Under the pieces are notes generated by a model. The model was given only the letters and a program-made list of their open reading frames with translations. It did not search any database and was not told where the DNA came from. A stretch of DNA of 64,000 bases. Source: Gemmatimonadota bacterium. Its GTDB lineage: Bacteria; Gemmatimonadota; Gemmatimonadetes; JACCXV01; JAHWKZ01. Every line of letters begins with the position of its first letter. Position 1 is the first letter of the stretch. The DNA is taken from NCBI GenBank assembly GCA_035513155.1, contig DATKCO010000019.1:3576-67575 (forward strand), read 5' to 3'. Shown here piece by piece: positions 18,491 to 27,342 of the stretch. The translations under genes were made by a program, and so were the position numbers.

Positions 18491-19192
18491 ATGGCAAGGA
18501 GAAGAGAGACGATGTCCAGAATCGAGATCCTGATGACTGCGGGTCTGCTGGCGGTGACCGCGCCGCTCGCGGCCCAGGAGGCCGACACGACCGCGGCGCC
18601 GGCGGCGGAGAACGCAGCGGCCGCGGCGACCGAGGCCCCCGTCGCGGAGGAGCCGGAAAGGCACGACTGGGAGTTCACGCTGGCGGCGACCGACAAGGCC
18701 CCCGGGGCCTCGGCCAACGTGATGGTGACCGACAACGAGACCGGCAGCGTCTTCGTGCTGATGGCGAACGGGTTGCCCATGGTCGACTCCCTCGATGAGG
18801 AGGGACGCGACGTGAACGCCTATACGGTGTGGGTCGTGCCGGGCAAGGACAAGGTGTCCGAATCCGAGCTGGTCGGCGTTTTGACCGTGACTCCGGAGGG
18901 GGCGGGCCGACTCCAGGGCGAGACGCCTCTCGAGACCTTCGGTCTCATCGTCACGGCGACGCCCGACGGTGCCCCGGAGAGGATCGGCGGCGTGCCGGTC
19001 CTGACGGGGATCCCCGTACGTCCGGAGGCACCGGTCGACGCCGAGCCGGCCGAGGTGGCCGAGGAGGCCGCGGACGTAGCCGAGGACGTCGCGGAAGAGG
19101 TCGAGGACGTCGCGGATGAAGCCGCCGACGTGGCGGAGGAAGCGGAAGAGGCGGTCGAGGAGGCCCGGCCGGAGGCCGACGCGTCGCCCTGA
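18491..19192 (+). CDS. secreted hypothetical protein with acidic repetitive C-terminal tail
   Basis: Signal peptide (LLAVTAPLAAQEA). The tail is AEVAEEAADVAEDVAEEVEDVADEAADVAEEAEEAVEEA. The likely true start is ATG 18512, behind aaggagaag. Confidence 0.6.
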   Translation: MARRRETMSRIEILMTAGLLAVTAPLAAQEADTTAAPAAENAAAAATEAPVAEEPERHDWEFTLAATDKAPGASANVMVTDNETGSVFVLMANGLPMVDSLDEEGRDVNAYTVWVVPGKDKVSESELVGVLTVTPEGAGRLQGETPLETFGLIVTATPDGAPERIGGVPVLTGIPVRPEAPVDAEPAEVAEEAADVAEDVAEEVEDVADEAADVAEEAEEAVEEARPEADASP

Positions 19193-19224
19193 GGGAACGC
19201 GCGCGACCAACAGGGTGACAGGAG

Positions 19225-19257
19225 CCCGCCCCCGTGCTACGGGGGCGGGTTTTTTTT
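19225..19257 (+). terminator. rho-independent terminator
   Basis: 10-bp GC stem cccgcccccg / cgggggcggg with a 5-nt loop, followed by 8 T residues, 33 nt after the stop at 19192. Confidence 0.9.
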
Positions 19258-19265
19258 CTTTCCGC

Positions 19266-19295
19266 TTGACACGCCGCGGATCGTTTCGGTAGAAT
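19266..19295 (+). promoter_or_regulatory. sigma70-like promoter of the dcw cluster (P-mraZ)
   Basis: TTGACA (19266-19271), 18-nt spacer, TAGAAT (19290-19295), immediately after the terminator. Confidence 0.7.
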
Positions 19296-19330
19296 GGGGG
19301 GCACGGTGGGTGAGAGTGGGAGATAATGGG
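19295..19330 (+). promoter_or_regulatory. direct TGGG repeat array (candidate MraZ operator)
   Basis: TGGG occurs at 19295, 19307, 19317 and 19327. The last three are spaced exactly 10 nt, between the -10 box and the mraZ SD. Confidence 0.55.
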
Positions 19331-19346
19331 ATTGGAGGGGAACTCC

Positions 19347-19800
19347 ATGAGCGTCAGCGCGCGGGGTCGTTACGTCATACCTGGGTCAGTACACGCACTC
19401 GATCGATGAGAAGGGTCGCGCCAACCTGCCGGCCAGGTTTCGCGGCGGCGAGCTGGGGGAGGAGTTCGTCGCGACGCGGGGGCTCGGCCGGTGTCTCTTC
19501 CTCTATCCGCTCGGGGAGTGGGAGAAGGTCCTCACACGGCTCGAGCGACAGAAGGCGCGCACCGACCCGGAGCAGCGGCGCTACTACCTGCAACTCATGG
19601 AGCACACCAACACCGCTTCGCTCGACGCGCAGGGGCGGATCACGATCCCCCAGCATCTCTCCCAGCACGCGGGGATCGAGAAGGACGTCCTGTTCGTGGG
19701 CGCCGGTGATGTGATCGAGATGTGGGACCCCGAGACCTACCGCCAGTACGTCGGCGGCACCGAGAGGGATTTCGACGGCTGGATGACCAACTTCCTGTGA
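19347..19800 (+). CDS. mraZ: transcriptional regulator MraZ, reading frame interrupted near the 5' end (indel, +1 shift or non-canonical start)
   Basis: Both MraZ half-domains (SIDEKGRANLPARFR and SLDAQGRITIPQHL) are in the frame open from 19351, which has no ATG/GTG/TTG before 19597. The SD-preceded ATG 19347 is in another frame and stops after 20 codons. Confidence 0.7.
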
Positions 19801-19825
19801 TGGATGCGTTCCTCCGGGAACGACC

Positions 19826-20770
19826 TTGAGCGACCAGGAGTGGAGCGGACACGAACCAGTACTTCTGTCGGAGAGCATCGAGTTGCTGACACCACGATCG
19901 GATGGTCTCTATCTGGACGGAACCCTCGGGGGTGGAGGTCACGCGGAGGCGATCCTCGAGATCGCCTCGCCCGGAGGACGGCTGATCGGGCTGGATCGCG
20001 ATCCGCGAGCGATCGAGCACGCCCGCGGACGCCTCGCGCGCTTCGCGGACCGGATCGAGCTCTACGAGATGGACTTCGCGGAGATCGCGAACGCGCCGGA
20101 GCTCGCTTCGGCACGGTTGGACGGAGCGCTGCTCGACCTCGGAGTCAGCAGCCCTCAGATCGACGAAATGGCGCGCGGCTTCAGTTACCAGCGGGACGCT
20201 CCACTGGATATGCGGATGGGGCCCAGAGGGGAGCCTGCACGGGACTTGTTGGCGCGCGCCGATATCGAGGACCTCACCGACATCATTCGCCGCTACGGTG
20301 AGGAACGTCATGCCCGCCGGATCGCGCTCGCCATCGCGCGCGAGCGTGACCGGCACCCCATCGAGACGACGGGTCGGCTGCGCGAGATCGTGGAGCGGAC
20401 CGTGCCGCGGTCGGAGCACGCGCTCAAGTCGGTCGCGCGCGTCTTCCAGGCCCTGCGGATCGCGGTCAACGACGAGCTGGAGGCGCTCTCGACCGGCCTC
20501 CCGCAAATCGTAGAGCGCCTTGTGGAAGGCGCCCGGCTCGTCGTCATCTCGTACCACTCCCTCGAGGATCGGATCGTCAAACGCTACTTCCGCGAGCTGG
20601 CGGCGGACTGCGTGTGTCCTCCCGACTTCCCCGTCTGCCGCTGCGACAAGCGCTCCGAGGCCGTCGTCCTGACCCCGAGACCCGTCCGGCCCGGACCGGA
20701 AGAAGCGGAGCGGAATCCGCGCGCCCGGAGCGCGCGCCTGCGCGCCATCGAGCGGCGCCTGGCCGCTTAG
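19826..20770 (+). CDS. rsmH: 16S rRNA (cytosine1402-N4)-methyltransferase
   Basis: 314 aa with HEPVLL, DGTLGGGGH, LDLGVSSPQID and SYHSLEDRIVK motifs. TTG start. Confidence 0.9.
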   Translation: MSDQEWSGHEPVLLSESIELLTPRSDGLYLDGTLGGGGHAEAILEIASPGGRLIGLDRDPRAIEHARGRLARFADRIELYEMDFAEIANAPELASARLDGALLDLGVSSPQIDEMARGFSYQRDAPLDMRMGPRGEPARDLLARADIEDLTDIIRRYGEERHARRIALAIARERDRHPIETTGRLREIVERTVPRSEHALKSVARVFQALRIAVNDELEALSTGLPQIVERLVEGARLVVISYHSLEDRIVKRYFRELAADCVCPPDFPVCRCDKRSEAVVLTPRPVRPGPEEAERNPRARSARLRAIERRLAA

Positions 20771-20779
20771 AGGAGGGAC

Positions 20780-21226
20780 ATGAACGCGTACGTCCGCGAA
20801 TATCAGAAGATCGAGAACCGAACGCGTCGCCGGGACAACTTCCTGCTGCGCTACCTGCCGATCCTGCTCCTGCTGGCCGCGGGGATCGTGGTCGGCAAGA
20901 TCTACCTGCAGTCGGTGGCGATCCGCTGGTCGCACGAGCTGATCGAGCGCAACGAGGCGGCCCGCGACCTCGAGTTCCAGAATCAGGAGCTGGCCCGGAC
21001 GATCACGGCACTCCAGGCGCGCTCGAGAGTGGCGCGCGAAGCGAGCGACCGCCTGGGAATGGTCGTCCCCAGGGAGCAGGATGTGGTCTGGTTGACGGTT
21101 CCGGATCGGACGCCCGCCGGGGCGGTCGCCGACGTCGGAGAGCAGAAGGAGGGGCCCGCAGCGGTCGTGCGTCAGTGGCTCGACGCGCTCTGGCAGGAGG
21201 AAGCCCTCGCGCTGACGAGCCAGTAG
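20780..21226 (+). CDS. ftsL: cell division protein FtsL-like (single TM plus coiled coil)
   Basis: 148 aa. Position between rsmH and ftsI, one TM helix followed by a coiled-coil-like segment. SD agaggaggga upstream. Confidence 0.7.
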   Translation: MNAYVREYQKIENRTRRRDNFLLRYLPILLLLAAGIVVGKIYLQSVAIRWSHELIERNEAARDLEFQNQELARTITALQARSRVAREASDRLGMVVPREQDVVWLTVPDRTPAGAVADVGEQKEGPAAVVRQWLDALWQEEALALTSQ

Positions 21227-21281
21227 TCCCGGCCATGCGCCCCGGCCGCGAAGGTCACGCCCACACCGATCGCAGGCAGGG

Positions 21282-23357
21282 ATGGAAGCCGAGCGCCTGA
21301 ACCTCGCCCGCCGCCGTCAGACGTGGCTCTACGTCGTGCTGCTGCTCTTCGGGGCAAGGCTCGCATGGGCCTTCGTCGACATCCAGGTCGTCTCCCACGA
21401 CGCCTATCTGGTCGACGCGCAGAAACAACAGAAGAAGCGGGTCGAGATCCCCCCCGAGCGCGGCCTGATCGAGGACCGCAACGGCGTCCCGCTGGCGCTG
21501 AACCGCGAGCAGTACGCCATCTATCTGGTGCCCCGGCACATCGCCGACGTCGATCGGTTCGTGGAGCGGTTCACCGAGGTCGTGCCGTTCGACGAGGGCG
21601 CGCTCCGCGAGCGGATCGCGGAGGGCGGCTGGTACGTCCGGCTGGTGAAGGGCGTCTCCCGCGAGACGATGAAGCGGCTCGACGAGGCCGACATCGACGG
21701 GGTCGGCATCGAATCGTATCAGGTACGTCACTACCCCTACGGGGATCTGGCCGACGACCTGCTCGGCCGCGTGGACGTCGACAACGTCGGGATCGAGGGC
21801 ATCGAGCTGTTCTACGACGACGTGCTGCGGGGGAAGCCCGGCTTCGCCGTCCATCAGCGGGACGCGCTCGGACAGGAATACCCGAACTTCACCTATCCCA
21901 TCGAGGCGCCGGTCGACGGACAGACGGTCCAGCTCACCATCGACCTCGGCCTGCAGGAGATCGTGGAGGACGCCCTGGGCTCGGCCATGGAGCGGACGCA
22001 GGCCCGCAAGGGGAGCGTGGTGGTGGTCGATCCCCGCACCGGCGAGCTGCTGGCGATGGCCAATCACGCCAGGGAGGACGAGCCGGAGCGCGACCGGAAC
22101 TATGCGGTCGTCGATCAGTTCGAGCCCGGGTCGACGTTCAAGGTCGTGACCCTCGCCGGCCTGTACGAAGAGGGCAGCACGGCCCCCACGGACTCGCTGT
22201 TCTGCGAGAACGGGTCGTGGTCCTGGAACGGCCGCACCCTGCGCGACGTGCACCCCTACGGGTTCCTGACCGTCGAGCAGGTGATCGAGGAGTCCTCGAA
22301 CATCTGCGCGGCCAAGCTCGCCGAGCGGCTCGGGGGGCAGGACCTCTACGAGTTCTCGCGGCGCTTCGGCTTCGGATTGCCGTCCGGTCTCGATTTTCCC
22401 GGAGAGCCCCGCGGGCTGCTCAAGCGCCCCGACGACTGGGGCCCGATGACGACCGCGTCGGTGGCGATGGGGTACGAGGTCATGGTCACCTCGATCCAGA
22501 TGGCGATGGCCTATTCCGCCATCGCCAACGGCGGGGAACTGTTGCGGCCCTATCTGGTACGGAAGATCGTGCGGCCGGACGGGACGACCGGGTTCACCGG
22601 CGAGCCTCAGCGCGTGCGCCAGGTCGTGCGTCCGGAGACCGCGCGCATGATCACGCAGGCGCTCGTGCGGGTGGTGGAGATGGGCACCGCCCGAACCGCG
22701 CAGCTGGAGGTGCTCCCGGTGGCCGGCAAGACCGGGACCGCCCGGAAGACGGGGGCTCACGGATACGAGACCGGCCGCTACACCTCGTCCTTCGTCGGGT
22801 TCTTCCCCGCGGTGGAGCCGCGCTACGTGGTGTTCGTCCTGATCGACGAGCCCCAGGGGGCGTTCTACGGCGGGACGGTGGCGGCGCCCGTGTTCCGCGA
22901 GGCGATGGAGAACACGCTGTTGACCGAGACCATGACCGCGTCGCCCGGACTGATGGAGCGGGTGCGCTCCCCGGACCGCGTGGTGTGGACGGTAGCGGAC
23001 AGCTTCGGGGCCCTCCCCGACTCGGGCCCCCGGCCGGACTGGACGGACGAGACGCCCGAGGCCGGGGCGCCGGGCTGGACCCCGGTGATCGAGCCGCCGC
23101 GGGAGCTCGCCCGGGGAGGCATCGAGCCCTCGTTCGTGTCCATGGACGAGCGGAACGACCCGACGCCGGCGCTGGATCCGCGCACGCAGGTCAAGGTCCC
23201 CGAGTTCACCGACCTGTCACTCCGCGAGGCGATCCAGCGGGCCAGCCGTCTGGGGCTCCAGCTCTCTTTCAGCGGGGCCGGGAGGATCGAATCGCAAGTC
23301 CCCGAGCCCGGCGAGATCGTCGCGCGCGGGGCAACCGTGCGCGTCGTGAACCCCTAG
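21282..23357 (+). CDS. ftsI: class B penicillin-binding protein (FtsI-type transpeptidase) with C-terminal PASTA domain
   Basis: 691 aa with STFK, SSN and KTGT active-site motifs. The last ~60 aa match the PASTA pattern (VPEFTDLSLREAIQRASRLGLQL...QVPEPGEIVARGATVRV). Confidence 0.9.
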   Translation: MEAERLNLARRRQTWLYVVLLLFGARLAWAFVDIQVVSHDAYLVDAQKQQKKRVEIPPERGLIEDRNGVPLALNREQYAIYLVPRHIADVDRFVERFTEVVPFDEGALRERIAEGGWYVRLVKGVSRETMKRLDEADIDGVGIESYQVRHYPYGDLADDLLGRVDVDNVGIEGIELFYDDVLRGKPGFAVHQRDALGQEYPNFTYPIEAPVDGQTVQLTIDLGLQEIVEDALGSAMERTQARKGSVVVVDPRTGELLAMANHAREDEPERDRNYAVVDQFEPGSTFKVVTLAGLYEEGSTAPTDSLFCENGSWSWNGRTLRDVHPYGFLTVEQVIEESSNICAAKLAERLGGQDLYEFSRRFGFGLPSGLDFPGEPRGLLKRPDDWGPMTTASVAMGYEVMVTSIQMAMAYSAIANGGELLRPYLVRKIVRPDGTTGFTGEPQRVRQVVRPETARMITQALVRVVEMGTARTAQLEVLPVAGKTGTARKTGAHGYETGRYTSSFVGFFPAVEPRYVVFVLIDEPQGAFYGGTVAAPVFREAMENTLLTETMTASPGLMERVRSPDRVVWTVADSFGALPDSGPRPDWTDETPEAGAPGWTPVIEPPRELARGGIEPSFVSMDERNDPTPALDPRTQVKVPEFTDLSLREAIQRASRLGLQLSFSGAGRIESQVPEPGEIVARGATVRVVNP

Positions 23358-23363
23358 GCCGCG

Positions 23364-24845
23364 GTGGGACATGCCCCTCCGCGAACCCTGGGCGAGCTCG
23401 CCGAGCGCGTCGGTGGCCGGCTCCATGGGGATCCGTCCACCCGCGTGACCGGAGTGACCCACGACAGCCGCCGCGTGCGGCCCGGCGATCTGTTCGTCGC
23501 GATCCCGGGCTTCGAGCGGGACGGGCACGCGTTCGTGCAGGGGGCCGCGACCGCCGGAGCGGCCGCCGTGATGGTGGAGCGGCAGGGCCCGTGGCCGGTA
23601 CCCTCGATCGAGGTCGCCGATGTGCGTCGCGCGGCGGGGCCCGTGGCCCACGCGGTATGGGGTGAGCCCAGCCGGCGGCTGGTCGTGGCCGGGATCACGG
23701 GGACGAACGGCAAGACCACGACCTCGTTCCTCACCGCCGCCGTGCTGGAGGCCGGCTGCGGCGAGACGGCGATCCTCGGCACCCTCGGGCTGCGACGCGG
23801 AGAGCGGAAGATCGAGACCGGTTTCACCACCCCCGAGGCGAGCGACCTGGCGCGTGAGCTGGCGGCGCTCGCGGACGACGGGGTGCGCGCCGTCAGCATG
23901 GAGGTCTCGAGTCACGCGCTCGACCTGGGGCGTGTCGAGGGGATGGAGTTCGACGCGGGGGCGTTCACGAACCTGAGTCCAGAGCACCTCGACTATCACG
24001 ACACGCTGGAGCAGTACGGGGAGGTGAAGCTCGGCTTCTTCCGGCGATTGGCGGAGCAGGACGCGGTGGCGGCCGTCAACGCCGACGATCCGTGGGGAGA
24101 GCGGTTCGCCGCGGCGGGCCCGGAGCGGACGCTGCGCTACAGCCTGACCGATCCGGCGGCCGACGTCTTCGCCGAGTCGTACGTCGGGGATCCCTCGGGC
24201 ACGACGCTCGGCGTCCGCGTCCCGGCGGGGCGCTTCGACGCCCGGCTGCGGCTGGCGGGCCGCTTCAATGCCGCCAATGCCCTCGCGGCCGCGGCGGTCG
24301 GGGCCGGACTGGAGGTCGCGCCCGAGCGGATCGGAGCGGCGCTGGAGAGCGTCGACCGCGTGCCGGGCCGCTACGAGGTGTACCGGGGCGGGGGTGTCAC
24401 GGCGGTGCTCGACTACGCCCATACGCCGCTCGCGTTCGAGCGCATCCTCCGCACGGTCCGGGATACCGGAGCGAGACGGCTCTTCTGCGTGTTCGGGAGC
24501 GGGGGCGAGCGCGATCGCGGCAAGCGGCCGCAGATGGCACGGATCGCCGGCGAGGTGGCCGACGTGGTGTACGTGACGATCGACAACCCGCGACGCGAGC
24601 CGCTGGAGCAGATCATGGACGACACGCTGGTCGGGCTCGACGGCTCGGCAGCACGCTGGGAGAGGATCGACGATCGCGCCACCGCGATCCGGCGGGCGAT
24701 CGTCGAGGAGGCCCGTCCGGGAGACGTGGTCTGTCTGCTCGGCAAGGGCGACGAGGGATACCAGTTGATCGGCACGATCCGTCATCCATACTCTGATCGC
24801 GACGAGGCCCTGAAGGCGCTGGCCGAGCGGGAGCGGACCGCGTGA
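23364..24845 (+). CDS. murE: UDP-MurNAc-L-Ala-D-Glu:meso-diaminopimelate ligase
   Basis: 493 aa with GITGTNGKTTT and the DNPR motif typical of DAP-adding enzymes. Confidence 0.9.
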   Translation: MGHAPPRTLGELAERVGGRLHGDPSTRVTGVTHDSRRVRPGDLFVAIPGFERDGHAFVQGAATAGAAAVMVERQGPWPVPSIEVADVRRAAGPVAHAVWGEPSRRLVVAGITGTNGKTTTSFLTAAVLEAGCGETAILGTLGLRRGERKIETGFTTPEASDLARELAALADDGVRAVSMEVSSHALDLGRVEGMEFDAGAFTNLSPEHLDYHDTLEQYGEVKLGFFRRLAEQDAVAAVNADDPWGERFAAAGPERTLRYSLTDPAADVFAESYVGDPSGTTLGVRVPAGRFDARLRLAGRFNAANALAAAAVGAGLEVAPERIGAALESVDRVPGRYEVYRGGGVTAVLDYAHTPLAFERILRTVRDTGARRLFCVFGSGGERDRGKRPQMARIAGEVADVVYVTIDNPRREPLEQIMDDTLVGLDGSAARWERIDDRATAIRRAIVEEARPGDVVCLLGKGDEGYQLIGTIRHPYSDRDEALKALAERERTA

Positions 24846-26257
24846 GCGCCACGTTCACCGTGGCCGAGGTCCGCGCCGCGCTGGGGCGGCCGCCCGAGGG
24901 GACGCCCGACCCCGGTCTCGTGTTCACGCGGATCGCGACCGACAGCCGGCGGACGGCTCCCGCCGACCTGTTCGTCGCGATACGGGGAGAGCGCTACGAC
25001 GGGAGCGCGTTCCTCGCGGCCGCGGTCGTGGCGGGCGCCGCGGGCGCCGTGGGAGAAGACCGGCCATTCGCCGGCCGCGAGCGGATCGCGTTCTGGCCCG
25101 TGCCCGACGGGCGCGCTGCGCTCCAGGCGCTGGCCGGGCTCCACCGACGTCGGCTGGACGTCCGCGTCGTCGGGGTCACGGGCTCCAACGGCAAGACGAC
25201 GACGAAGGAGCTGATCGCCTCGGTGCTGGCGCAGGGCCATCCCACCGCTCGCACCCATGGCAACCTCAACAACCAGGTCGGAGTTCCGCTGACGCTGCTG
25301 GAGATCGGACCCGAGCACCGCTGGGCCGTCGTCGAGATGGGGATGAACCAACCGGGGGAGATCGCGCCGCTGGCCCGGATCTCCGCGCCCGACATCGCGG
25401 TCGTCACCAACGTGGCGGCGAGCCACCTGGAGGGCCTGGGGACCGTCGAAGCGGTCCTCGAGGAGAAGCTGGAGCTGGGGCGCGCCCTCGCGCCGGACGG
25501 GCTCCTGGTCTACTGCGGCGACCAGCCGATGCTGCGCGAGGCCACCCGGCTCCTGCAGTGCCGACGTCTCTCCTACGGGCTCCACCCGGCGAACGACCTC
25601 GCGCCCGAGGAGTGGTCGCTGGACGAGGACGGCCGCGGCTCGTTCCGGCTGGAGGGACGGACGTTCCGCCTGCGGCTGACCGGCAAGCACAACATCGTCA
25701 ACGCGCTCGCCGCGGTCGCGATCGGCCGCGAGGCGGGGCTGCCTCCCGGCGCGATCGCGGGCGGGATCGCCGAGCCCGACTCCCTTCCGCTGCGGATGCA
25801 GCTCGAGCGGTGGGGAGAGGTGGTGGCGCTGGTCGACTGCTACAACGCCAACCCGGAGAGCGTGGTCTCCGCCGCGGCGACCCTGTCGACGCTGGCCGGG
25901 GTGCGTCGCCGGATCGCGGTGCTGGGCGAGATGCTCGAGCTCGGCGGGAGCAGCCGCGAGTGGCACGAATGGGTCGGCCGCGAGCTGGGGAAGGGAGCCG
26001 TGGACATGGTCGTGACCGTGGGGCCCGGAGCCGCGCCGATCGCGGCCGGGGCGGAGGCCGCGGGCCTGGCGACGCGGCGGTTCGCGGACCGGCGCGAGGC
26101 CGAGGAATGGCTGATCGAGAACGTGGCCCCGGGCGACGCGATCCTGTTCAAGGCGAGCCGCGGCTCGGAGCTCGAGACGGTCGTCAGGCCGGTGCGTGAG
26201 GCGTGTCTCGAGGCGACGTCGGCGGCGAACGGCGCCGGCGGCGGGAGGATCCGGTAA
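24842..26257 (+). CDS. murF: UDP-MurNAc-tripeptide:D-Ala-D-Ala ligase
   Basis: 471 aa with GVTGSNGKTTTKE and EMGMNQPGEI motifs. GTGA overlap with murE. Confidence 0.9.
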   Translation: MSATFTVAEVRAALGRPPEGTPDPGLVFTRIATDSRRTAPADLFVAIRGERYDGSAFLAAAVVAGAAGAVGEDRPFAGRERIAFWPVPDGRAALQALAGLHRRRLDVRVVGVTGSNGKTTTKELIASVLAQGHPTARTHGNLNNQVGVPLTLLEIGPEHRWAVVEMGMNQPGEIAPLARISAPDIAVVTNVAASHLEGLGTVEAVLEEKLELGRALAPDGLLVYCGDQPMLREATRLLQCRRLSYGLHPANDLAPEEWSLDEDGRGSFRLEGRTFRLRLTGKHNIVNALAAVAIGREAGLPPGAIAGGIAEPDSLPLRMQLERWGEVVALVDCYNANPESVVSAAATLSTLAGVRRRIAVLGEMLELGGSSREWHEWVGRELGKGAVDMVVTVGPGAAPIAAGAEAAGLATRRFADRREAEEWLIENVAPGDAILFKASRGSELETVVRPVREACLEATSAANGAGGGRIR

Positions 26258-27342
26258 TGCTCTACCATCTCCTGTTCCCGTTCGCCGACCAGCACGCGTT
26301 CTTCAACGTCTTCCGGTACATCACGTTCCGCTCGGCGTACGCCACCGTGACCGCGCTGCTGCTGGCCTTCGTGCTCGGACCGTGGGTGATCCGCAAGCTG
26401 CGGGACCTCAGGGCCGGACAGATGATCCGGGAGGAGGGTCCGCGGGCCCACCAGCGGAAGGCCGGGACGCCGACGATGGGCGGGGTCCTCATCATCGTCG
26501 CCGTCGTCGTGCCCACGATCCTGTGGGCCGACGTGTCGGAGCCCTGGATCCAGATCGTGCTGGTCGCGACCCTGTGGATGGGCATCCTCGGCTTCCTCGA
26601 CGACTATCTCAAGGTCATCAAGCGCCGCTCGAAGGGGCTGATCGCGGTCCAGAAGCTGGTGGGCCAGGCCCTGTTCGGCGTCGTGCTGGGTGTCTGGCTC
26701 TACCTCCAGCCGCTCCACGGCGACTACACGACGATGACCGCGGTCCCGTTCTTCAAGGAGCGGTTCGTCGACTTCGGCGTGCTCTACATCCCCTTCATCA
26801 TCTTCGTCGTCATCGCGGCCACCAACGCGGTCAACCTGACCGACGGGCTGGACGGGCTGGCGATCGGACTGGCCGGGATCGCGGCGGCCGCGTTCGCGGC
26901 GTTCGCCTACGTGATCGGCCGCGCGGACTGGTCCCAGTACCTGCAGATCCTGTATCTGCCCGGGAGCGGCGAGCTGACCGTGTATTGCGCGGCCCTGCTG
27001 GGGGCGGCGCTGGGCTTCCTCTGGTTCAACGCCCATCCCGCACAGGTGTTCATGGGAGACACCGGGTCGCTGGCGTTGGGCGGTGCGTTCGGAACGCTGG
27101 CGATCCTGCTCAAGATCGAGTTCGTGCTCGTCCTCGTCGGTGGGGTGTTCGTGCTCGAGACCCTGTCGGTGATCATCCAGGTGGTCTCGTTCAAGGTGCG
27201 GGGAAAGCGCGTGTTCAAGATGAGCCCACTGCACCACCACTTCGAGCTCTCCGGCTGGGCGGAAGAGCAGATCGTCATGCGCTTCTACATTCTGGGGGTC
27301 CTGTGCGCGCTGGTGGCGGCGTCGACCCTGAAGCTCCGATGA
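26257..27342 (+). CDS. mraY: phospho-N-acetylmuramoyl-pentapeptide transferase
   Basis: Internal ATG (TAATG junction with murF). 361 aa with TPTMGG, NAVNLTDGLDGLA and MGDTGSLALGG motifs. Confidence 0.93.
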   Translation: MLYHLLFPFADQHAFFNVFRYITFRSAYATVTALLLAFVLGPWVIRKLRDLRAGQMIREEGPRAHQRKAGTPTMGGVLIIVAVVVPTILWADVSEPWIQIVLVATLWMGILGFLDDYLKVIKRRSKGLIAVQKLVGQALFGVVLGVWLYLQPLHGDYTTMTAVPFFKERFVDFGVLYIPFIIFVVIAATNAVNLTDGLDGLAIGLAGIAAAAFAAFAYVIGRADWSQYLQILYLPGSGELTVYCAALLGAALGFLWFNAHPAQVFMGDTGSLALGGAFGTLAILLKIEFVLVLVGGVFVLETLSVIIQVVSFKVRGKRVFKMSPLHHHFELSGWAEEQIVMRFYILGVLCALVAASTLKLR

